Assembly: GCF_001194135.2 (NCBI RefSeq)
Contig: NC_068986.1
Location: 44,589,613 to 44,635,197, forward strand
Reading direction: 5' to 3'
Source: Octopus bimaculoides
Taxonomy: Eukaryota
DNA: 45,585 bases
The notes below the pieces were generated by a model. That model was not told the DNA's origin, made no database searches, and saw only the letters and a list, made by a program, of their open reading frames with translations. Position numbers and translations under genes: made by a program. Below, in pieces: positions 36,905 through 45,585 of the stretch. Position 1 is the stretch's first letter. Each line of letters opens with the position of its first letter.

Positions 36905-37410
36905 CATCTTTTACTTGTTTCAGTTATTGGACTGCAGCCATGTTGGGGCACCACTTTGAAGAGTTTAGTTGAGCAAATTGACCCTAGTGCTCATTTTTTA
37001 AAGCCTGGTGCTTATTCAATTGGTGTCATTTGTTGAACTGCTAAGTTATGGGGACATAAACTAAGCAACACTGGTTGTCAATCTGTAGTGGGGGACAAAC
37101 GCTAACACAAAGACACATGCGCAAATACACACACACACACACACAACACATTTGCATGTGTGCACATGCACAGACACAAACAAACAAACATAAGCACATA
37201 CACATAAACACATACTCACACATACATATACACACACACATGTATACATATACATGCGCACAAAGGACTTCTTTCAGTTTCTAAAGATTTGGTCAGCCTG
37301 AGGCAATAGCTGAAGATACTTGTTCAAGATGCCATGCAATGGGACTTACCCCAAGACTATAATGTTTGTCAAGCAAGCTCCTTAGCCACACAGTTATGCC
37401 TGAACCTATG
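36905..37410 (-). mobile_element. SINE type A, diverged, with expanded internal CA-rich array
   Basis: Tail and head motifs. Confidence 0.7.
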
Positions 37411-38164
37411 GTGAATTAACTGTTAAAGCATTTTATTCTAAAATATATGTAAGATCTAAAATTAAACTTTACTTTTCCAGAGTAAAAATTTTACTTTTCA
37501 GAAAGCTGATGGTCAGTGAGAGTATTATGCATGCAGTTTGTGAAACATAGTTGAAATTCCATAAGTGTTACTGACATGAGAGTTTGATCCTGACACTGAA
37601 GCTGTTATATGTCAAAAGGAAGAAAATCAATAATTTGCATCATACCTTTAATTTAAAGCTTAAAGTAATTATTTGTCTTTCTTTCTGTATTTCCCCCTCA
37701 CCTTTTTTTTTTATTTCTGTTAATCTGTATCTCACTTGCATTATGTCTAAGAATGTAGTTGGTATCAGTGATGAAAAATAATTAAATATGCCTTTGATCT
37801 TTCATCCTTTTAATGTCTGCATTTATTTATTTTTTTAACCAAGACCTTCAGTCTATTTGCTTTGATATGAACAAAAAAAAAAAGAAAAAAAGAAAGAAAA
37901 CTCTCAATATAATCAGCAGAGGAGAAAAAGGTAGAGAATTGGCTATAAAATATTTATTCCCAGCACTCTGTAATTAAAAATAGATAGACAAATACAGTGC
38001 ACAAACATTAGCTTTTAGATTTAATATTTATCATTTTTGTTATACTTCCCAGTTGCTTTTTGAGTTTGCAATTATAATATAAGAAACTTTACAATATTTA
38101 GTTTCTTATAATTAAAGTCACAGAAGCAGTATTAATACCAAAAGGTAAAATTTATCACAACTTA

Positions 38165-38430
38165 AAAGACCTCTACAAGGACCTTTTCCTGATATCAGAG
38201 GTGATCATAAGCAGGAGACTCCGTTTTGCTGGACACTACTACCAGGTCAAGAATGAATGCATTAGGGATATGATACCCTGGAAACCAACACATCATCACA
38301 GGAGCAGAGGTTGATCAGCTACAACATATGTTGACAGATTAGTGATTGACAGCAGCCTATCAGTTCTCGAGTTGAATCAGCAATGGAGGACAGAAGCAAT
38401 TGGAGGAACATCTGTGCAGATTGAGGAAAC
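38165..38430 (+). mobile_element. RTE-clade ORF2 C-terminus of a second RTE family
   Basis: LYKDL..ISEVIISRRLRFAGHYY...WKPTH...TYVDRL...SAMEDRSNWR. Confidence 0.7.
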
Positions 38431-39107
38431 TCATACTAAAGAAAGAAGAAAAGTAGGTATTGTGTTAGAACACACAATACTGCGTATTTACCATAACAGA
38501 ATCTTTCATATGGGTTTTTCATCTGAAGTCTTAAAGCACTGTACACTACTAAGTATTGATGCACAAAAAAGCCGGTAAAATTCTGTGGTTGAGGCACTCA
38601 TCTATTCTACTTTATTCCTAAATTGATCTCTGAGCTTAATAAATAAATTGTACTCATAAAAATGACTGAGTAAATAATACAATGACCTTCTCAGCTGATG
38701 GAAAGCTGTTTTGTATTATGGCATGGCTAACCACACTGTATTTTTGACAGAGCAGCCTCCATCTAACTCAACTCACGTGATAGGGAAGCCAGTAAAAATG
38801 GCCATTTTAGAGCTCAAATATATCCCAAACATATTTAAATTGATTGAAAAGTTTGTCTATTTCACAACACTGTTTCACATGCCAACCATATATTTTGTTC
38901 TGGCCTGGCGATCACAGCAAACTAGACTCTGTTAGCGCATAATTTCTACTGATTTCTTATAAGGAAGCAACAGTTTTCAGTCATTCCATAGCTATCCTGT
39001 TTGGTATCTAATACTGATGAGAGCACAAGTAGCTTGCAATATATATATAGATATATATATATATAGATAGATAGATAGATAGATACATACATACATACAT
39101 ACATACA

Positions 39108-39139
<32 letters not shown>

Positions 39140-39148
39140 CATATATGT

Positions 39149-39652
39149 GTATGGATGAGGACAGCTGCATAAAGAAGTGCTGAGCTCTAATTGTGAATGG
39201 AACTTGTGGGAGAGTAAGACCCAAGAAGATGTAGATGAAGTGGGGAGAAATGCCTTATTTTTGGACACTGGGTCTCACTGAGGAAATGACAAAGGACTGG
39301 GAGTTGTGGCGATTTGCTGTACTTGAGAAGACACATCAAGCTAAGTAAAATCGCTGACATCCATGCATACAGGCTTGTCCTTTACAGGTGCCAGTGCCAT
39401 GTAAAATGCACTTGTGCCAGTTCTGTGTAAATGCATCATGCTGGTGGCACATAAATACCACCCAGCAGACTCTGTAAAATGGTTGGTGTTAGGAAGGGTA
39501 TCCAGCTGCAGAAACAATGCCACAACAGACAATTGGAGTCTGGACAGTTCTCTGGCTGGCCAGCTTCTGACAAACTGTTCAACCCATGCCAGCATGGAGA
39601 ATGGAAGTTAAACAATGGTAATGATGGCGATGATGATAATGATGATGATGAA
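39149..39652 (+). mobile_element. RTE 3' end: ORF2 C-terminus, repeat array, tail module and (GAT)n
   Basis: MDEDSCIKKC...EEMTKDWELWRFAVLEKTHQAK*, then the tail. Confidence 0.85.
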
Positions 39653-39688
39653 TAAACTGTAATCTAAATTACACGCGCATGCAAGCGT

Positions 39689-39724
<36 letters not shown>

Positions 39725-39999
39725 ACACAAATGCACGTTCGTGCACACACACACACACACATATACATGAGCACGCATATGCACACACACACACACACAA
39801 AATTGTATATATGTCAGTAAACAGGATTGTTTCATGAGATCTAAGCATTTTGTGTCTTCATATTATTGACAACTCTATTCCATTTATCATTGAGAGAGAT
39901 GCATCAGACACTACTCCAGCTGCTACATTATTATGAGGGATTCCCTACTGTTTTATTTGTTGTGCACCCTTTCCATATGTGAATTACTGTATTACTTTA

Positions 40000-40228
40000 T
40001 TAACTGTTTAGTGTTCAAACTGACCATATCTGGCCCAAATATCCTACCTATTTTATGTTCAAACCAGCCTGATCTGACCTCTGACCTCTATCCTACAATG
40101 CCATTCTTAAAATAAAACAATCATACCATTGAAATCTCACAGCTATGATGTAACACATAATTAATTCAAAATAATGGGAATAAATAAGCTTTATGTTTGA
40201 CAGAGTAATCTGAACGCTACAGGGTTAA
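40000..40228. mobile_element. piggyBac-like MITE, uninterrupted copy
   Basis: TTAA at both ends; degenerate CCCTTTAGC-type TIRs; no ORF. Confidence 0.7.
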
Positions 40229-40439
40229 AAGGTGAAAGCTGTTGTAATTGTTAAATGCTTTTGCATAAATTGTTTCTGTTCTCAATCCTCATCTCTCTCT
40301 TTCTCTCTCTCCCCACCTCTCCAGGTAACCCTGTACCTCCCCTACAGCAAGACACCTGTTTCTGTGTCTCTGTCTCACTATACTTTCATTATCTGACACA
40401 AGATCACCTTCTCAAATGATCACCCTCTCCCGCCTCAAA

Positions 40440-40751
40440 AATTTTTGTCTTGTAAGTTACTTGGTGATTTTTCCAGAGCAGGTGCTACCTAAAAAGCATC
40501 CAGTCCACACTGTAAACTGGATGATATTTGGAAGGGCATTCAGCTGTAAAAATCTTGCCAAAACTGACCTCACCTGTGCTTGTGCCACATATAAAGCACT
40601 CAGTTCAATCTGCTGGTTGGTTGGTGTTAGGAAGGGCATCCAGCTGTAAAAATCCTGCCAAAACAAACACCGAAGTCTGGTGCAGGCCTCTGCCTGGCTG
40701 ACTCCTGTCAAACCATCCCACCCATGCCAGCATGGAAAGTGGACATTAAAC

Positions 40752-40785
<34 letters not shown>

Positions 40786-40789
40786 GTGG

Positions 40790-40840
<51 letters not shown>

Positions 40841-40852
40841 CGATGATGATGT
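40440..40852 (+). mobile_element. RTE-type 3' end with a tandemly duplicated tail module and a long (GAT)n
   Basis: Two copies of GGAAGGGCAT.CAGCTGTAAAAATC.TGCCAAAAC. Confidence 0.75.
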
Positions 40853-41067
40853 GACACAACCTTCTAGGAAAATGCTTTACCCTCATTACAGGCCAACAAA
40901 CTATCTGATTTTATGTTTGAGATATTATATATAAACAAAATACAGAATGACACAATATTACAGTGGAGGTTAGAACTTTTTCATATAACTTTGACATTTT
41001 TATCAGTGTAGAAAAGAGACTGTATGTGCTGATGTCTTGTCTTGATTTTTATAACCTGCCCAACCAG

Positions 41068-41133
41068 ATTGTAAATTTTTTCACCATATTCTTGACAAAT
41101 TGTCACCCAGATGTGAAAAAATTACTGCATTAG
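41068..41133 (+). CDS. Candidate 66-nt phase-1/phase-1 coding exon (DCKFFHHILDKLSPRCEKITAL), unverified
   Basis: Pyrimidine-rich acceptor ending CCAG and TAG|GTAAAG donor; one open frame; phase-compatible with 42400. Confidence 0.25.
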   Translation: MVNFFTIFLTNCHPDVKKLLH

Positions 41134-42399
41134 GTAAAGGCAAAAAAAAAAAAAAAATCTGCTTTCTACTGATGCTTTTAAAATTTTGTTATGATTGCTG
41201 AATATACTCAGAACTAAATCTTAAATTTTACAATCCTATTGATCAGTACCTTGCAAAGGGTGCTAAGGATGTGAAATACATCTTACTGGATTTTGTGGGA
41301 CCTCTCAAAATAAATATTGTTACTGGATTTTGATGATTCCTCATGTTACGTTTTGGTTTTTCTTAATGCCAGAATTCCCTCTCAAATTGTTATTTGATGT
41401 TGCTCAACAAGCTATTCTCTTTGGTTGGAACTCCTCATTAATAAAAAAGTGCATTCATGCTTCTGAGATACATAAACTTTTCTAAATCAGCAAGGAACTA
41501 TGCAAAGCAGAAGTATTGTTTTCAACCAGAGCTATTAAGATAGGTATTCACAGACTCACTTCATTTGCTAGAGCTAATGAACAAGTGAGGGAGGTCTTTA
41601 TGTGCTCACTTAACTCACTAGAAATAAAAAAGCTAATTATCTTTAATAAAGCCACAATGTAGCATTTAATATACATGAGAAGATAGGCTAATCCCCATTG
41701 ATCATAGGTCAGTTCGATCAGGGTTGACCAAGGGGTTCAAGAATAAAAATAATAACCTTAAAAGTAATGGACAATGTGGGAGAATCAGTCAAACAGAATG
41801 GAAGTCAGTATTTTTAGCTTTTATCGTCTTGGAATTTTCCAGAATCTCATTGGGAAAATGTTTTTTCATTTACTTCATTCCCAGCTCTCAACTGTTACCA
41901 AAGAGACTTCTCATAATTGCTTTTCCTTTCTTTTTAGACATGATTCTTCAGTTAGCTTTTCTCCACATTGCATTATTGGTCAACTTTACAAGCCCTATCC
42001 CTATAAAAGAATATTTAGTTCCATGGATAAGTGATTGTTTAGTAGAAGCTAATCAATTGGAATGCACTGACAAGTTTGAATACTCAATCATTTGACAAAT
42101 GATTTAGAATTCAAATATCACATAAAAATCTTTTTTTATAGAAACTTATTTATACTGGCTTATGCAATATCAAAAATAGTTGCCATATAATGAAAACTTA
42201 TTAATAGCTTAATATTGATATTGATGCTATAAGGGGCACAGGGCCACCAATCTAAGGTATTTCAACTAACTTTTGTTGATTCAAATCAACTCTAAGTAGA
42301 ATTACAACTCCACACCTTGAATTGTGTTATTGTTGATTAAATAACAGGTATGACCATAATAAAATAATATTATCCTAGTGCAAGCTACCTTTGTTACAG

Positions 42400-42512
42400 A
42401 AAAAACAAAAACATTTATACAACTGGCTGAATATGCACTAGGCTATGTATGCCAACAGCAGGAAATGGGTGGTACCTTAAATAGAAAACTAAAGAGGTTT
42501 CTGTTATCATAA
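42400..42512 (+). CDS. Candidate exon (EKTKTFIQLAEYALGYVCQQQEMG...), unverified
   Basis: CTTTGTTACAG acceptor; open to a stop at 42512, with a possible GTATGC donor after 42446. Confidence 0.2.
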
Positions 42513-42553
42513 CTAAAATCTAACATACATTATCATAAAGCCTTCTGTATTTG

Positions 42554-42790
42554 TATTAGGTTGTTACAAAAGTTTTGCGTCTCTTTTTTTATCATAACAA
42601 ATCAAATTTTATATAATTGCTGGAAGTGGCATTTATAAATGAAAACACTTCCCACTGTTATCTCTACAGCTCTATCAATGAAACTACCAGAAAATTTATA
42701 TCACTTTAAGGGTAATCTAGATTTCTGGCATGAGTTGTCATTTCAATTGCTGTTTGACTCAAGAATGTATTTTTATAATGTCCATAAAGT
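42554..42790 (-). mobile_element. Mariner end remnant (TIR plus decayed C-terminus)
   Basis: TATTAGGTTGTTACAAAAGTTTTGCG resembles a mariner TIR. Confidence 0.5.
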
Positions 42791-43375
42791 TAGAATACTT
42801 TGTTGAAGAACAGTAAAGTAAACATTTTTACTTTAATAAATTCAATATATGATGACTTGTACATCATTCATTTTACTAATGCTTTTTAGTTTCTTTACTT
42901 AAAAAAAACTTATTTGTGTTTAATAGTATTATTTTCATGTTCTTATATTCTAGATTTCATAATTTAATTTTCCTTTAAAGTAAGCATTAGAGACATATTG
43001 AAAAATTATTTTAAAAGGTTCTCTCTAGATCTGAATTTTTCCAAATTGATTAACTTCTCCTAAGTAACTCATAATGAATTCTTATAAAAATAAGAACTAA
43101 GCCTTGGTAATATAGATGTTTTCGATCTAGTTTGGATTCTTTGTCATCAAATTTGAATTCTTTGCAATCAAATTTGAATTTTTCAAAGGGACTTTGTAAG
43201 ACAAGCTAAAATGCAGAAAATGGTCAACAGGTATGTGCTGAAGTGTTGCAAACAGTAAAAAGTAGGAGTCTTCATCCTCGAAAGAATATTCGATGACCAC
43301 AAATTAATTTGAAGCTAGTTTCTTTAAATTGAAATAAAAAGAGTTAGACTACATCAGCCTTACAGCTGATGTAGT

Positions 43376-43559
43376 GTAACACTTTTTTCCCATTTGGAAA
43401 TGCTCGGTTATCCAATGTGAGGCAAAGAACAAGCTGGAGCTTTACCAATTGATACCTGAAAAGCTCGATGAAATGACTCATGAACACTGCAATAGCTTCT
43501 ACCAAAAGATGCTCCATTACGTTGACCGGTCTGAACAAGGGGAGATCATAAATGAGTGA
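43376..43559 (+). pseudogene. IS630/Tc1-like transposase C-terminal fragment
   Basis: LFSIWKCSVIQCEAKNKLELYQLI...THEHCNSFYQKMLHYV resembles the post-catalytic region (ENLFSKWK..V...EL...I...C..FY..ML.Y). Confidence 0.5.
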
Positions 43560-43959
43560 TTCTTTTTTTATTTTTTGCGTATGTTTGAACAGCTTATTCA
43601 AGATAATTTGTACATTTTTACAAACTGCAACTTTTTTTTTGCAAGAAATATAAGTTGGGAAAATTTAAAAACCCTTATCTCAGGATAGCTAATAAACTTG
43701 GTCTGATTTAAATCAACAATTGTTGATCATAACTTTTAATCATAAGGGAAATTTCACCCCTCCCCTCCCCCAAAATTGCATAAAATTGCTTTAAAGCGTG
43801 GGTTTATGCTACATCCTCCCTCCCCCTATGGTATGTCTTTTAACTAGACTGTCTATTGTACATGGCATGCACGTGTCTTAGATGACACATGGATGCATTC
43901 AGGCAGGTCATTATATCAAGGATTAGTATGAGCTCATTTTTTCCTTTATGCCTACATAT

Positions 43960-44264
43960 AGTGAATTGCCATTAGTAATAGTATTATGTAAAAGTAATGC
44001 TCACAAGTTCTTGATAGCTGCAGAGTTTTCATTCGAGAACTATGCTATTCAAGCTTTCTATTCGAACTTTACCCAAGAGTGACCTTAAAAGAACCAGTCC
44101 ATTCGCTCTGAGGAGATGCAAATTGAACAATTTTTTAATAAAAAAAGTGACTTCATAAAACGGTTATAAAGAGCAAAGAGCTTACTATTCGAGTTTATCC
44201 AACTTGAGTTTGTTGTCCCAAGCTTGGGGTTAGATCGAAGTTCGAGTAACAGTGGGCTCTACTG
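43960..44264 (-). mobile_element. Possible pogo/Tigger-like transposon end with repeated TCGAA motifs
   Basis: Minus strand starts CAGTAGAGCCCACTGTTACTCGAACTTCGATC; no matching second end found. Confidence 0.35.
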
Positions 44265-45304
44265 GACGAGTTAGATAAGATAGACATGTATTCCCTTATG
44301 GCTGATGTAGTTTAACTCTTTTTTCAAGGCTTGAGCACCAATTTCGAGAAACTAGCTTCAAATTGATTTGTGGTCATCGAATATTCTTTTGAGGATGAAG
44401 ACTCCTACTTTATACCGTTTGCAACACTTCAGCACATACCTGTTGACCGTTTTCTGCATTTTAGCTTGTCTTACAAAGTCCCTTTGAAAAATTCAAATTT
44501 GATTGCAAAGAATTCAAATTTGATTGCGAAGAATTCAAATTTGATGGCAAAGAATCCAAACTAGATCAAAGACATCTATAATATTAGAGTTAGACATACA
44601 GTTCATGGTGTTTGCTAAATCCAAACCATGATATCAGCAGTTGTTGTACTATTCAAAGATATCTGGAAATATTAAAAAAGGGCATATATGCTTTCCAAGT
44701 CTGCAAGACTGGTGACTAAGCAGCCAAACTACTTATTGGAAACTAAAATATTTTTATCTTTGTATTCAAGATAAATATAGTATTATATAATTATAATTTA
44801 TACTTTCATTTTAAAAATAAATCTTACAATATATTTAGAGAAATATTTTATAAATGATGTAATTTGAAAATTATTAAGAACTATTCATATTTAAGAGTAA
44901 GAGTTCTCAGTTTGAAGTCTTTTAATATCTATTTATGTCCATTCAAAACTGGCTTAATTTTCTTAGATTACTAAAATATGTATCAGTAATTTAATGAATT
45001 AAATAATCAAATTCAAATAAGTTTGCTTGTGTGTAGAAATCAATGTGAAATAATTCATATTTTTATGCTGTATAACCTGAATTAAAAGCATTATTAAAAT
45101 GCTCCATCTTTGCTTGAATGGTATACGAAAGTTATGCATGATATTTGCCTTCCATAATCTTGTGCCCTTTCCTTTCATCAGATACCAGAAAAGCAATAGA
45201 AACATCTATAGCTTAAAACCTGTCAGAATCACAAACATATGTTTAAAAGACCTCTGGACTTGAAGGAACTAATTTACTCAGGCTGTACATATATATACAC
45301 ACAT

Positions 45305-45585
45305 ACGGAAGACTAGCATCATACAACGTGGAAGACAATTGGAGATTTCTGCGGGACAACCTGTTGAAAGCCACCGACCAGATTTGTGGGTGGTGTAAGG
45401 TCCCCTCCCGACCCAGAGTAATGTGGTGGTGGAACAAGGAGGTAGACAGGGCTATTAGACAAAAGAAACAGGCTTGGAAGGACTGGAAGAACGGTGGTAG
45501 CAGGGAATTGTACCAATGTGCCAGAAGGCGACAGGTTTATTTAGCCAGAGGGGAAGCAGATAAGGAAAGATTTGCCAATGTTCTG
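45305..45585 (+). mobile_element. RTE-clade ORF2 fragment (endonuclease-RT linker), running off the window
   Basis: VEDNWRFLRDNLLKATDQICGWCK...WWWNKEVDRAIRQKKQAWKDWK...DKERFANVL; overlaps in homology with 19310. Confidence 0.88.

Larger units (their letters stand above)
43111..44580. repeat. Large inverted duplication: arms 43111-43359 and 44300-44580, containing a 21-bp tandem unit
   Basis: Reverse-complement match of about 90%; AATTCAAATTTGATTGCAAAG occurs 3 times in the right arm and 2 times in the left. Confidence 0.9.

Noticed and set aside
41250-41500. Possible decayed RTE fragment on the minus strand (LEKFMYL.S)
   Set aside because: One short motif only; too weak to list as a feature
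41724-42095. 123-aa plus-strand ORF
   Set aside because: Starts inside a repeat tail, has low-complexity hydrophobic composition and no motif; probably antisense to decayed transposon sequence
44030-44260. Heat-shock-element-like GAA/TTC clusters
   Set aside because: Never three correctly phased nGAAn units; better explained as transposon sub-terminal TCGAA motifs

Overview
Repeat-dense, AT-rich eukaryotic scaffold with 7 N-gaps. The SINE and LINE families resemble ones I recall from coleoid cephalopods (most likely Octopus); this is not database-checked. No host protein-coding gene can be called with confidence, and almost every ORF in the supplied track is microsatellite, SINE or antisense-to-transposon noise. 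The window is a transposon graveyard: about five tRNA-derived SINE types, many RTE-clade LINE fragments, a Penelope (GIY-YIG) fragment, a Helitron helicase fragment, Tc1 (DD34E), maT-like (DD37D), mariner (DD34D) and IS630/Tc1-like transposase relics, and MITEs. Two kinds of structure are not explained by those labels. (1) Three minus-strand type I hammerhead-ribozyme motifs with palindromic stem III and unusually long (52-61 nt) stem II inserts; two of them belong to one dispersed family whose ancestral stem III can be rebuilt from CpG decay. (2) A set of local templated duplications and fold-backs (two large inverted repeats, a perfect 21-bp palindrome, a direct duplication), some with junction microhomology. 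Coordinates were counted by hand and element edges are approximate (about +/-10 bp).
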